Source: Bdellovibrionia bacterium
Lineage (GTDB): Bacteria; Bdellovibrionota; UBA1018
Assembly: GCA_049424145.1 (NCBI GenBank)
Contig: JBMSSC010000021.1
Location: 1 to 27,800, forward strand
Direction of reading: 5' to 3'
Length of the DNA stretch: 27,800 bases
Positions 17,535-27,414 of the stretch are shown piece by piece. The notes below the pieces were generated by a model that was not told the origin of the DNA, did no database searches, and worked only from the letters and a program-made list of their open reading frames with translations. Each line of letters begins with the position of its first letter. The first letter of the stretch is position 1. Made by a program: the position numbers and the translations under genes.

Positions 17535-19004
17535 GTGAGAGAATTCTTCCTAATTCTGCCTGAAGTGTGCATTGTTTTAACCCTCGCCTTTGTGATCGCA
17601 GGGGAGATTACCCATTCAGGGGAGAGAATTCGATTGATCGGTACGGCTGCACTCATTGGGATTGCAGGAGCCCTCATTCAAACGATCATTTCCTACGGGT
17701 ATGGCCCCACCAAGGTTTTTGGGGGAAGTCTTTCAATTGACGGGTTTTCCCTATTTTTTAAGCTCGTGTTTATGACCTTAGGGATGTTGGCCATTTTTTT
17801 AATGTTCCAGTCCAAGGAAATTGCCGTAGGTAGGAGAACGGAGTACATCGCTCTTGTTTTAGCCTCCATTCTTTCAATGTGTTTAGTGGCGTCAGCCTCA
17901 GATTTGGTGGTGGCCTTTTTGGCTCTCCTTTTTATGAATCTGATCTCCTATGTTCTGGCTGCTTATGGACAAAAATCAGCGTATTCCGCCGAGGCTGGGA
18001 TTAAATTCCTTGCGTTTGGAGCCGTCTCCAGTGCGCTCCTTCTTTATGGGTTTGCCATTTTATTTGCCTCCACCCACACGCTCAACTTGTATGAAATGCA
18101 CCAAGCGCTTCTGGCCAATCCGCTTTCCTTTGAGGTGATGTGGGTCGTTTTTAGTTTGTGTTTTTTAGCCTTCAGTTTTCAGTTGGGCACGTTTCCTATG
18201 TATCTGCTGGTGCCAGATGTACTCGAGGGAGCCCCCACCCCGGTTTCTGCTTTTTTATCCATTGGGCCCAGAGCCGCGGGGTTTGCTCTTGTGACTCGAC
18301 TTTTGATTGTCCTCTTTGCTCAGCCTGGAGCGGTGCCGGGACGCTGGGAAGTTTTAGGGGAAATGCACTGGACTCAGATCGTTTCTTTGGTTTCGGGAAT
18401 TACGATGATCGTGGGGGCGTTGCTTGCATTTCGGCAACAGGGAGCTAAGCGCTTAGTGAGTGACCTTGTGGTTGCCGAAAGTGGATTTTTGCTCATGGGG
18501 CTTTTAGTGCTCGATGAAGTGGGAATTGCAGCGTTGCTTTATAACCTCGTGGTTCAGTTGTTTGCGCTCATTGGGATTTTCTTCATCCTGGGGTTCTTGG
18601 TGGACGAACTTCAATCGGACCGATTGGTCTGCATGCGAGGGATGTTGAAGAGAGCAGTACCTGAGTGTATTTGTTTGATCTTGTTTCTTTTCTGTCTCGT
18701 GGGTAGCCCTCCTTTGCCCGGATTTATCGGAAAGTTTACTTTGATTGGATCTGCCATTCGTCATAAAAGATTGGCTCTAGCAGGGGTTGCTATTTTTTCC
18801 ATGGTGCTTTCGATTGCCTCAGTGACGCGGCTTTCGTACGATTTGATCTCCCCTGTGAAGGGTGAATCTCCCGCGGCTGTGCCCGTGAGTTATTCCCGAA
18901 AAACGTTCTTGGCGTTTTTAATAATACCGATGGCACTAGTCGGGATTTTTGCTAATTTCGTACTCGGGTGGGCAGGCCGATCTTTAGGTTTTATTTTCCG
19001 GTAG
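17535..19004 (+). CDS. nuoN: Divergent NuoN-like subunit (set 1)
   Basis: IDGFSLFFK, SAEAGIKFLAFGAVSSALLLYG, PDVLEGAPTPVSAFLS, PPLPGFIGKF. Confidence 0.9.
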   Translation: MREFFLILPEVCIVLTLAFVIAGEITHSGERIRLIGTAALIGIAGALIQTIISYGYGPTKVFGGSLSIDGFSLFFKLVFMTLGMLAIFLMFQSKEIAVGRRTEYIALVLASILSMCLVASASDLVVAFLALLFMNLISYVLAAYGQKSAYSAEAGIKFLAFGAVSSALLLYGFAILFASTHTLNLYEMHQALLANPLSFEVMWVVFSLCFLAFSFQLGTFPMYLLVPDVLEGAPTPVSAFLSIGPRAAGFALVTRLLIVLFAQPGAVPGRWEVLGEMHWTQIVSLVSGITMIVGALLAFRQQGAKRLVSDLVVAESGFLLMGLLVLDEVGIAALLYNLVVQLFALIGIFFILGFLVDELQSDRLVCMRGMLKRAVPECICLILFLFCLVGSPPLPGFIGKFTLIGSAIRHKRLALAGVAIFSMVLSIASVTRLSYDLISPVKGESPAAVPVSYSRKTFLAFLIIPMALVGIFANFVLGWAGRSLGFIFR

Positions 19005-19038
19005 CGCCCAAAGCCTGAGAAGGCTATAAGAGTTGCAT

Positions 19039-19398
19039 ATGAGCTACATTCCTGTGTTGATCTTAATGTTGGCGGGCCTGACCGTTGGAAGCGCTATCCT
19101 GCTTCTGTCTTCGCTTTTAGGGGGTTCCGTTCCGAACAAACGCAAAGGGATGCCGTTTGAGTGTGGAGTGCCCGCCTATGGTTCGGCTCGTCATCGGTTT
19201 TCAGTGAAATTTTACTTGGTAGCGATTTTATTTCTTCTTTTTGATGTGGAAGGAATTTTCTTTTTTCCATGGGCAGTTGCCTTTAAGAAATACCTGGCGA
19301 TCAATTCCTTTATTCTTTTTGAGATGGGTTTTTTCGCTCTCATTTTAGTGGTGGGCTACGTTTACGTTTTAAGAAAAGGCGCTCTGAAGTGGGAGTAG
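19039..19398 (+). CDS. nuoA: NADH-quinone oxidoreductase subunit A (set 2)
   Basis: [33 protein letters not shown]. Confidence 0.96.
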   Translation: MSYIPVLILMLAGLTVGSAILLLSSLLGGSVPNKRKGMPFECGVPAYGSARHRFSVKFYLVAILFLLFDVEGIFFFPWAVAFKKYLAINSFILFEMGFFALILVVGYVYVLRKGALKWE

Positions 19399-19434
19399 GC
19401 CTTTTTTCTCAGGCTCGTGGTTGAGGAGATATTC

Positions 19435-19974
19435 ATGGGTAAAGACGGTTCAGTTGGTTTTTTCACAACACGCTTGGATGCTTTTATTAATTGGGGCCGA
19501 AAAAACGCGCTCTGGCCGCTTCCTTTTGGGACGAGCTGTTGCGGGATTGAAATGATGGCTACGCTGTGCTCGGATTATGATATGTCCCGCTTCGGAGCAG
19601 AGGTGGTGCGCTTTTCCCCCAGGCAAAGTGACCTTCTTATTGTGGCAGGGATTATTAACTTAAAAATGGCTCCGGTCTTAAAGACGGTCTATGACCAGAT
19701 GAGCGATCCCAAATTTGTGATGTCCTTTGGGGCTTGCGCGTCGTCAGGAGGGATCTTCAACGTGTACAGTGTGCTTCAAGGCATTGACACGATGATCCCG
19801 GTGGATGTCTATGTGCCAGGATGTCCTCCTGCTCCAGAAGGAGTGCTTCACGCCTTAGTGAGGCTTCAGGAGATGGTGGCTCGCGGTGAGACTCATTCTC
19901 AGAGAAAGCTTGCGCAGCTGAAAAACCCCACGGTGAAGGCCGTGCAAGACACATCAGAATCAGGCAGGGGATGA
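19435..19974 (+). CDS. nuoB: NADH-quinone oxidoreductase subunit B (set 2)
   Basis: [44 protein letters not shown] before the ATG at 19435. Confidence 0.96.
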   Translation: MGKDGSVGFFTTRLDAFINWGRKNALWPLPFGTSCCGIEMMATLCSDYDMSRFGAEVVRFSPRQSDLLIVAGIINLKMAPVLKTVYDQMSDPKFVMSFGACASSGGIFNVYSVLQGIDTMIPVDVYVPGCPPAPEGVLHALVRLQEMVARGETHSQRKLAQLKNPTVKAVQDTSESGRG

Positions 19975-19977
19975 TCC

Positions 19978-20547
19978 ATGGATATTCGACAGCCGATACC
20001 TACGAATGGCGGAGACTGGCTTTCAAAATTTGGTGAGATCTGGAAAAAACAAGTCGAGCAGCTCAGAGAAAAGTTGGCCTCCTCGATTGAAGAGGTTCGC
20101 ATGCCACCGGATTACCCCACGGATGTTCCAGTGATTTATGCCAAGAAAGAGGCCATTGTTTCGGTGCTGCGTTATTTGAAGGAGACTCCCGGGTTTGAGT
20201 ACACCTTCTTGGCAGACATCACGGCAACCGATGAGGGCGGGCACCCTCGGTTTGAAGTGGTTTATAACTTGTTTTCCATGACCCAAAAGAACCGGATTCG
20301 CGTCAAGGCACGAGTGGCGGAGAATGAGGAAATTCCCACGGTGATTTCCGTTTGGAAGGGCGCCAATTGGGCGGAGCGAGAAGTGTTCGATATGTTTGGT
20401 GTGAAGTTTAAAGATCACCCCAATTTGAGAAGAATTTTAATGGACACTCGGTGGGTGGGTCATCCGTTGAGGAAGGATTATCCTTTAAAGGGATATCAGA
20501 TGTTCACGGATGCTCAGGCGGTGGACCCGTCTCTTTTAGAAAAGTAG
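19978..20547 (+). CDS. nuoC: NADH-quinone oxidoreductase subunit C (set 2)
   Basis: RFEVVYNL, ANWAEREVFDMFG, HPNLRRIL, GHPLRKDYP. Confidence 0.96.
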   Translation: MDIRQPIPTNGGDWLSKFGEIWKKQVEQLREKLASSIEEVRMPPDYPTDVPVIYAKKEAIVSVLRYLKETPGFEYTFLADITATDEGGHPRFEVVYNLFSMTQKNRIRVKARVAENEEIPTVISVWKGANWAEREVFDMFGVKFKDHPNLRRILMDTRWVGHPLRKDYPLKGYQMFTDAQAVDPSLLEK

Positions 20548-20562
20548 GCAATTGGGTAGATT

Positions 20563-21801
20563 ATGACACAAAGCTTAGACACCTCAAATATCAACTCAGG
20601 AAGACCCGAAGGCAGTGATCCCGATGAGCTCTGGGATAACTCAGGAGTGATCGTCAATATTGGGCCCACTCATCCGGCGATGCACGGAGCCCTTCGGATG
20701 GTGGCCCAATTGGATGGGGAAACCATTGAGAAGTCCTATTGTGAGTTCGGCTTTACTCATCGAGCCAAAGAAAAGCTGGGTGAAAATCGGACCTTTCATA
20801 ATTTTATCGTCTATACGGATCGACTCAACTACTGCTCCGCTTTAACCAACAACGTGGTTTATGCTCTTTCGGTTGAAAAGCTCATGGGCATTGAGGTGCC
20901 TGAGCGGTGCGTCTGGCTTCGGATGATTTGCTGTGAGCTGGCTCGGGTGATCGATCATTTGATCTGCATTGGGATCAATGCCGTGGACTTAGGGGCATTT
21001 TCTTTCTTTCTCTATGGGTTTCACCAACGAGAAGAAGCCTACACGTTGATTGAAAAACTCTGTGGAGCGCGCCTAACGACCTCTTACGCTCGTATTGGCG
21101 GAATGATGGCGGATGCTCCTGAGGGGTTTGAGCGAGAGCTGAAGGCTTGGGTCAACAAAACCCGCACTGTGATTGACGAAATGGATGAGCTACTCACCAA
21201 TAACAAAATTTGGAGAGAGCGAACCGTGGGTGTCGGTGTGTTTAATAAAGAGCAGTGCCTAGAGTATAGCTACAGTGGGCCCAATGCCCGGGCTGCTGGC
21301 ATTGACCTGGATTTAAGGCGAGATCAGCCCGTTTTATTTTACAAGGACGTCGAGTTTGATGTGCCCATTTGCCAAAACGGGGATGTCTACGATCGCTACA
21401 TGATTCGGTTGGCTGAAATTCGTCAGTCGTTGAACATTTTAAGTCAGTGTGCGGATAAGATCCGCAAAGGTCCAATTTGGACCGAAGATAAGAGGGTGAG
21501 AATCCCTCAAAAAGAAGTGGTTCATAACACGATGGAAGGTCTCATTCATCACTTCAAGTTCTTCATGAGCGGCTTTGAGGTGCCCGAAGGTGAGGCTTAC
21601 ACTCAGTTTGAAGCCACCAATGGAGAGCTGGGGTTTTACATTGTCAGTCGGGGATCTCCCAGAGCGCATCGAATGAGGATTCGAGGTCCTTCCGTTTGGC
21701 ACTATCAAGGCTTATCTCCCATGGTCAAAGGGGAGAAGATTGCGGACATGGTTGCTGCTTTAGGCAGTATTAATATTATTGCAGGTGAATTGGATCGCTA
21801 G
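20563..21801 (+). CDS. nuoD: NADH-quinone oxidoreductase subunit D (set 2)
   Basis: NIGPTHPAMHGALR, YTDRLNY, AVDLGA, GELDR. Confidence 0.97.
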   Translation: MTQSLDTSNINSGRPEGSDPDELWDNSGVIVNIGPTHPAMHGALRMVAQLDGETIEKSYCEFGFTHRAKEKLGENRTFHNFIVYTDRLNYCSALTNNVVYALSVEKLMGIEVPERCVWLRMICCELARVIDHLICIGINAVDLGAFSFFLYGFHQREEAYTLIEKLCGARLTTSYARIGGMMADAPEGFERELKAWVNKTRTVIDEMDELLTNNKIWRERTVGVGVFNKEQCLEYSYSGPNARAAGIDLDLRRDQPVLFYKDVEFDVPICQNGDVYDRYMIRLAEIRQSLNILSQCADKIRKGPIWTEDKRVRIPQKEVVHNTMEGLIHHFKFFMSGFEVPEGEAYTQFEATNGELGFYIVSRGSPRAHRMRIRGPSVWHYQGLSPMVKGEKIADMVAALGSINIIAGELDR

Positions 21802-21835
21802 GCGATCGAATTCAGATCAAAGAGGCTGTGGATTC

Positions 21836-22312
21836 ATGAGTGCAAAAATTCTTTCAACTAAGTTTTATAGCCGAATGCAAAAGCTGGAGCCGCGCTATCC
21901 CACAAAAGTTGCTCTGCTTTTGCCCGCTTTGCATGCGGCTCAAGATGAGTTTGGGTGGTTACCCGGTGATGTGATGGATGAGATTGCCGAGTACATTGGG
22001 ATTCATCCGGCCCAGGTCCGAGAAGTGGCTAGCTTCTACACGATGTACAACTTAAAGCCCGTGGGCAAATACCATTTGAAGTTTTGCACCAATGTGGCCT
22101 GCTGTCTGAGAGGCTCAGACGAGCTGGTCGAGCATTGTGAGAAAAAGTTTGGAATTAAACGCGGCGAGACCACGCGGGATCGAAAATTCACCTTAATGGA
22201 AGAAGAATGCTTAGGGGCTTGTGCTACAGCTCCTGCAATGATGCTGAATCATGATTATCACGAGAATTTGGATGTTCAGAAGCTGGATCAGCTTTTAGAG
22301 AGTTTGGAGTAA
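21836..22312 (+). CDS. nuoE: NADH-quinone oxidoreductase subunit E
   Basis: LLPALHAAQ, VASFYTMY, N1a ligands CTNVAC...ECLGAC; GAGG RBS before the ATG at 21836. Confidence 0.95.
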   Translation: MSAKILSTKFYSRMQKLEPRYPTKVALLLPALHAAQDEFGWLPGDVMDEIAEYIGIHPAQVREVASFYTMYNLKPVGKYHLKFCTNVACCLRGSDELVEHCEKKFGIKRGETTRDRKFTLMEEECLGACATAPAMMLNHDYHENLDVQKLDQLLESLE

Positions 22313-22315
22313 GTC

Positions 22316-23593
22316 ATGACTGCGCAAAGTGAAACTTTATTTACTCAGCATTTTAAGCCCGCGTGCAGACCTTTGGATTATTATCTGAAAAACATGTCTG
22401 GCTATCAGACGGCAAAAAAAGCGTTAAGCATGTCGCCGGATGATCTGATTGCCGAGGTGAAGAAGTCGAATCTTCGCGGGCGAGGCGGAGCCGGGTTTCC
22501 CACTGGGATGAAATGGGGTTTTATCCCGAAGGAGAGTAAAAAACCCAAGTACCTCGTGTGCAACGCGGATGAATCGGAGCCAGGCACCTGCAAGGATCGC
22601 GACATCATGCGCTACATCCCTCATCTTTTGATCGAAGGGATGATCATTGGGGCTCGTGCTATTGGAGCTCATCACGGATACATATACATTCGTGGAGAGT
22701 ACGTCCGAGAAGCTCAGCTTTTGGAAGAGGCCATTGAAGAGGCCTATCAGAATCACTCTTTGGGTAAAAACATCTTAGGCAGTGATTTTAGCTTCGATCT
22801 CACGGTGCATCGCGGGGCAGGCGCCTACATTTGTGGTGAGGAGACGGCCCTGTTAAACTCCCTAGAGGGTAAACGAGGAGAGCCACGCGTGAAGCCTCCG
22901 TTTCCTGCTCAGGCCGGAGCGTTTGGTGGGCCCACGATTGTCAATAACGTGGAGACCTTAGCGGCGATTCCCTACATCATCAGTCGTGGCGGTGAGTGGT
23001 TTTCAAAGCTGGGTAAGCTTGAGAAGTCAGGTGGAACCAGGCTTTTTTGTGTGTCAGGCCATGTGAAGAAGCCGGGCGTGTATGAGTTACCCGCCGGAGG
23101 CCTGACTTTAAGGCAGCTGATCTATGATCACTGTGGAGGCATCTTAGGGGATAAGAAGCTGAAGGCTGTGATTCCGGGTGGATCCTCTGCCCCAGTGCTT
23201 ACGGCCGATGAGATCGATGTCGTTTTAGATATCGAGCCCATGATGAAAATCGGCACCATGCTGGGCTCAGCTGGCATTATGGTCGTGAGCGAAGACTACT
23301 GTATGGTGAAACTCATTGCTCGCATCACCCGCTTTTATGCGCATGAGTCCTGCGGTCAATGCACCCCTTGCCGTGAAGGTTGCCGTTGGATGGAAGACAT
23401 TTTAGAGAGAATTGAGCATGGGCATGGAAGAGAGCAGGATCTTCCGATGCTTTTAGACATTGCTGATAACATTAACGGGAAAACGCTCTGTGCCTTGGGA
23501 GACGCTGCAGCGGGCCCTGTGATGAGTTTTGTGAAAAAATTTAGATCTGATTTTGAAGCCCATATTCGAGGTGGAAAATGCCCAAGTGCATAA
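22316..23593 (+). CDS. nuoF: NADH-quinone oxidoreductase subunit F
   Basis: [56 protein letters not shown]. Confidence 0.97.
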   Translation: MTAQSETLFTQHFKPACRPLDYYLKNMSGYQTAKKALSMSPDDLIAEVKKSNLRGRGGAGFPTGMKWGFIPKESKKPKYLVCNADESEPGTCKDRDIMRYIPHLLIEGMIIGARAIGAHHGYIYIRGEYVREAQLLEEAIEEAYQNHSLGKNILGSDFSFDLTVHRGAGAYICGEETALLNSLEGKRGEPRVKPPFPAQAGAFGGPTIVNNVETLAAIPYIISRGGEWFSKLGKLEKSGGTRLFCVSGHVKKPGVYELPAGGLTLRQLIYDHCGGILGDKKLKAVIPGGSSAPVLTADEIDVVLDIEPMMKIGTMLGSAGIMVVSEDYCMVKLIARITRFYAHESCGQCTPCREGCRWMEDILERIEHGHGREQDLPMLLDIADNINGKTLCALGDAAAGPVMSFVKKFRSDFEAHIRGGKCPSA

Positions 23594-24999
23594 TTGATGG
23601 CCGTGAAGTGGAATTTACGCCTGGACAGAACCTAATTGAGGTGGCCAAGAAGGCTGGAATTGAGATTCCGTTCTTCTGTTATCATCCGGGTTTAACTGTC
23701 GTGGCTCAGTGCCGAATGTGTGCAGTGGAGGTTGAGAAGATGCCGAAGCTGCAGACGGGGTGCTCCACTCCTGCCGTTGAAGGCATGGTGGTGAAAACAA
23801 AATCACCCAGAGTTTTGCAAGCGCAGAAAGCCACCATGGAGTTTTTGCTGATCAATCATCCCTTGGATTGCCCGATCTGCGACAAATCCGGTGAGTGTGA
23901 CCTGCAAGACAACTCCTTTGGTTATGGGGATGCTTACTCCCGTTATACTGAAGAGCGCAGGACCTATTTGGATCTCGACATGGGGCCTGTGATTAAGAAG
24001 AACATGAACCGATGCATCCACTGCACGCGTTGCATTCGGTTTGGTGATGAGATTGCGGGCATCCGTGAAATGGTCGCTGTTCAACGGGGTAATAACACAG
24101 AGATCACCACAATTGACGGCAATCCGCTTCAAACGGAGTATGCAGGTAATTATGCGGATATCTGCCCCACCGGCTCGCTGACACTCAAGGAGTTTCGGTT
24201 TAAAAAACGTGCTTGGATGCTGAAGAAGACTCCCACGGTGTGTGAGGGGTGCTCCCGCGGCTGTAATATGGAGATTCACCAGGATGCAGGCGTCATCTAT
24301 CGGTGTGTTCCCCGAGAAAATTTAGAGATCAATCGCTACTGGCTCTGCGATGAAGGTCGCTTCAACTTTAATTACCTTCACGCTGAAGATCGCATCACTC
24401 AGCCCGTATTGGAAGAGCAGGGCCAACTCAAATCAGTGGAATGGGCGCAGGCCTTGGAGTCTGCAAAAAAAGCGCTGAAAGGCCAGAAAGTAGCCGTCCT
24501 GGTGGGTTCGGATCTCACTCAAGAGGAAGCCGCCGTGCTCCTTCAGTTCTTGCCCCAGCACTTACCCGGCTCTCAGGTGTTTCATTTTGGGACCCCTGGT
24601 GTGGTCTCCTCAAAAGACGATGGGCACGCTGATACGATCTTAAAGATGAAGAGCAAGACTGCAAACTTAAACGGTCTTGAACGTTTAGGGATTCCAGGCT
24701 TCACTCAGATGCCAGCTGGAGTGACGGCCGTTTTAGTACTGAGAGGTGGACGGGCAGTGCTTCCTGCACTTCCTCAGGTGGCTTCAGTTGGAGTCGGCGT
24801 GTTTTCGCAGGCCGAAGCTTCTCGTTTCTCCGTTGTGCTTCCCGGCGCAGGCTTTGCTGAAAAAGACGGCTCAATCGTAAATTTTCAGGGGCGTGAGCAG
24901 AGATTCAAGCAGGCCATTCTCCCTCCCGGCCAGTGTAAACCTCTTTCCGAAGTGTTGATGATGTGGGTGAATTCAAAGGCCACATCAGGGGCGGCGTAA
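23578..24999 (+). CDS. nuoG: NADH-quinone oxidoreductase subunit G (short form, 473 aa)
   Basis: FCYHP...CRMC...C (N1b), [14 protein letters not shown] (N5), CIHCTRC...CP (N4), CEGCSRGC...WLCDEGR (N7). Confidence 0.94.
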   Translation: MPKCIIDGREVEFTPGQNLIEVAKKAGIEIPFFCYHPGLTVVAQCRMCAVEVEKMPKLQTGCSTPAVEGMVVKTKSPRVLQAQKATMEFLLINHPLDCPICDKSGECDLQDNSFGYGDAYSRYTEERRTYLDLDMGPVIKKNMNRCIHCTRCIRFGDEIAGIREMVAVQRGNNTEITTIDGNPLQTEYAGNYADICPTGSLTLKEFRFKKRAWMLKKTPTVCEGCSRGCNMEIHQDAGVIYRCVPRENLEINRYWLCDEGRFNFNYLHAEDRITQPVLEEQGQLKSVEWAQALESAKKALKGQKVAVLVGSDLTQEEAAVLLQFLPQHLPGSQVFHFGTPGVVSSKDDGHADTILKMKSKTANLNGLERLGIPGFTQMPAGVTAVLVLRGGRAVLPALPQVASVGVGVFSQAEASRFSVVLPGAGFAEKDGSIVNFQGREQRFKQAILPPGQCKPLSEVLMMWVNSKATSGAA

Positions 25000-25002
25000 G
25001 TT

Positions 25003-26115
25003 ATGGATCAATTTGATGTCATCGTCCTAGCAGCGAAAGCAGCTTTTTTAATCGTAATCTTGCTCCAAGTGGTGCCAATCATGGCCTGGGTGGAGCGACG
25101 GGGTTCGGCGTTGATGCAGAATCGGCTCGGGCCCAACCGGGTGGGTCCTTTGGGGTTGATTCAGTCCCTAGCTGACGCCGTGAAGTTCATTTTTAAGGAA
25201 GACCCTGTTCCTGCCCATGTTGAGAAGTTTTTTTACGTGCTGGCTCCTTTGGTCTCCTTAGTGCCCGCGTTTATGACCTTCGGGGTGATTCCCTTTGCCA
25301 GCTCCCTTTCCATGGATGGGCGCGTGATTCAGTTTCAAGTGGCTGACCTCAATGTGGGGATATTATATATCTTTGCTGTGGCCTCCTTGGGGGTTTACGG
25401 CATCATCATGGCGGGTTGGGCGTCTAACAATAAGTACACGGTGTTGGGAAGCTTGCGCAGTTCCTCTCAGATGATCAGTTACGAATTGTCCATGGGGCTT
25501 TCCGTGATTGGGATCATCATGTCGTTTTCCAGTTTAAAGTTGGGCGATATTGCCAGACAACAAGGGGAGCTACTCACCCATTTTGGACCGTGGGCTTTAC
25601 CTGAGTTTTTGCAGATCCCGCGCTGGGGGATTTTAATTCAGCCCCTGGGGTTCTTAGTATTCCTTGTGGCTGCTTTTGCCGAGACCAATCGATTGCCCTT
25701 TGACTTGCCCGAAGGGGAGTCAGAGATTGTTGCAGGCTATCACCTAGAGTATGGCTCCATGAAGTTTGCCATGTTCATGATGGCTGAGTACTTAAACATG
25801 TTTACGGCCTCAGGCCTCATTGCCACACTTTACTTTGGCGGTTGGCAGTTGTTGCCGGGGATGGGGATTCCGCTTCATGCGATTTCGGAGTGGATCGGTG
25901 GAGGCTTGGCTGCTGAGTGGGTTCGGATCGCTTTTGAGTTCCTTTCGTTCTTCCTTAAGTTGGCCTTTTTTATGTGGTTCTTCGTCTGGGTGCGTTGGAC
26001 TTTACCTCGGTTCCGCTACGATCAGCTCATGGATTTGGGCTGGAAAGTCATGTTGCCTCTCTCCCTGGTCAATATTCTAGGCACGGGAATCTGGATCTAT
26101 TACGGGTGGATTTAA
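25003..26115 (+). CDS. nuoH: NADH-quinone oxidoreductase subunit H (set 2)
   Basis: ERRGSALMQNRLGPNRVG, QMISYE, AETNRLPFDLPEGESEIVAGYHLEY, PRFRYDQLM. Confidence 0.97.
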   Translation: MDQFDVIVLAAKAAFLIVILLQVVPIMAWVERRGSALMQNRLGPNRVGPLGLIQSLADAVKFIFKEDPVPAHVEKFFYVLAPLVSLVPAFMTFGVIPFASSLSMDGRVIQFQVADLNVGILYIFAVASLGVYGIIMAGWASNNKYTVLGSLRSSSQMISYELSMGLSVIGIIMSFSSLKLGDIARQQGELLTHFGPWALPEFLQIPRWGILIQPLGFLVFLVAAFAETNRLPFDLPEGESEIVAGYHLEYGSMKFAMFMMAEYLNMFTASGLIATLYFGGWQLLPGMGIPLHAISEWIGGGLAAEWVRIAFEFLSFFLKLAFFMWFFVWVRWTLPRFRYDQLMDLGWKVMLPLSLVNILGTGIWIYYGWI

Positions 26116-26118
26116 TTT

Positions 26119-26562
26119 ATGCTACTGAAAAAAAAGAAAAGTTGGCTTCAGGAAATCTACTTAATTGAGATTTTAAAGGGCCTTTGGATTACCTTAAAGA
26201 ACCTTTTTTTCGCACCCAAGGTCACCATTCAGTACCCGGAGGAGCGTCGAAACTACTCAGAGCGATTTCGAGGCGTTCACTACATTAAAACCACCAACGG
26301 GGTGGAGAACTGTACGGCTTGTATGCTTTGCCCCACAGTTTGCCCCGCCGAGTGCATTCATATTGAAGCCGGTGAACGAGCCGATAAAGAGAAGTACCCC
26401 GTTCGCTTTGAAATTGATGTTCTGAGGTGCTGCTTTTGCGGGATGTGCGAGGAAGCCTGCCCCAAAGATGCGATTAAGCTCAGCACCATTTACGAGATGA
26501 GCACAACCCACAGAGAGGTTTACGATAAAGCCTTTTTGCTGGAGCAGAGAGGAAGTAAGTGA
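26119..26562 (+). CDS. nuoI: NADH-quinone oxidoreductase subunit I (set 2)
   Basis: TIQYPEE, RFRG, CTACMLCPTVCP and CCFCGMCEEACP. Confidence 0.96.
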   Translation: MLLKKKKSWLQEIYLIEILKGLWITLKNLFFAPKVTIQYPEERRNYSERFRGVHYIKTTNGVENCTACMLCPTVCPAECIHIEAGERADKEKYPVRFEIDVLRCCFCGMCEEACPKDAIKLSTIYEMSTTHREVYDKAFLLEQRGSK

Positions 26563-27098
26563 TGCCGATTTCTCCGTTCTTTTTCTATCTGTTTGCCAGT
26601 TTAGCCATCGGGTGTTCTTTGGCCGTGATTTTAAAGAAAAACCCCGTGGCCAGTGCCTTTAACCTGGTGCTTGCTTTTTTCTCCTTCGCAGGAATTTACG
26701 CTCTCTTAGACGCTCACCTGGTGGCAGCCCTCCAAGTTTTTGTTTATGCAGGCGCCATCATGGTGTTGTTTATTTTTGTGATCATGCTGTTGAATGCGGA
26801 TGTTCCCTCATTTGATTTGGGTCGATCTCATCGTGGATTTCAGTGGGTGTCAGCCGCCGCAGGCTTAGTGCTTCTGGGTTTTTTCATTTGGTCTTTTAAA
26901 AACGGTCAAATTGCTCCTCCTGTGGCACAGTTTTCAACTGAGAATATTGAGGCTAACGGAGGAAACACGCAGGTTCTCTCCGAGTTGCTTTTCTCCGAGT
27001 ATATTCTGCCGTTTGAGTTGACCTCGGTTTTACTGCTTGCGGCCATCATTGGCGCTGTGGCATTGGCTAAACGCAATCTGGGGAGTACAAAAGGATGA
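26559..27098 (+). CDS. nuoJ: NADH-quinone oxidoreductase subunit J (set 2)
   Basis: KNPVASA, LQVFVYAGAIMVLFIFVIML, YILPFELTSVLLL. Confidence 0.96.
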   Translation: MMPISPFFFYLFASLAIGCSLAVILKKNPVASAFNLVLAFFSFAGIYALLDAHLVAALQVFVYAGAIMVLFIFVIMLLNADVPSFDLGRSHRGFQWVSAAAGLVLLGFFIWSFKNGQIAPPVAQFSTENIEANGGNTQVLSELLFSEYILPFELTSVLLLAAIIGAVALAKRNLGSTKG

Positions 27099-27406
27099 AT
27101 GCAGTGGTTGAGCCTTGGGTGGTCTTGTCTTTTAGTGCAGTGATTTTTCTCATCGGGTTTGTAGGCATTTTGATTCGTCGCAACGTTCTGGTGCTTTTTA
27201 TGTGCATTGAGCTCATGCTGAATGCTGTAAATCTCACCTTTGTCACCTTTTCCAAGCAACTGCACCACCTAGGTGGTCAGATGGCAGTGTTTTTTATCAT
27301 CACGGTTGCAGCTGCTGAGTCTGCCGTAGGTCTTGGGATCGTTATTACGATGTTCCGGACCCTGCGTAGTGTGGATACGGATGAAATCCGGCTTTTAAGG
27401 GAGTAA
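27095..27406 (+). CDS. nuoK: NADH-quinone oxidoreductase subunit K (set 2)
   Basis: RRNVL, MCIELMLNA, VAAAESAVGL. Confidence 0.96.
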   Translation: MNAVVEPWVVLSFSAVIFLIGFVGILIRRNVLVLFMCIELMLNAVNLTFVTFSKQLHHLGGQMAVFFIITVAAAESAVGLGIVITMFRTLRSVDTDEIRLLRE

Positions 27407-27414
27407 GAGTAGAT

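Noticed and set aside
8946..19004. Set 1 as a decaying pseudogene cluster
   Set aside because: There are no internal stops or frameshifts over ~10 kb despite deep divergence, and gene overlaps, RBSs and the promoter are intact.
13295..19004. Mrp Na+/H+ antiporter operon
   Set aside because: No MrpE/F/G genes; subunits match NuoJKLMN termini; the Glu/Lys residues that Mrp also needs are missing.
2459..27268. Numerous 60-160 aa alternative-frame and antisense ORFs
   Set aside because: They lie within or across well-supported genes and show no recognisable motifs.
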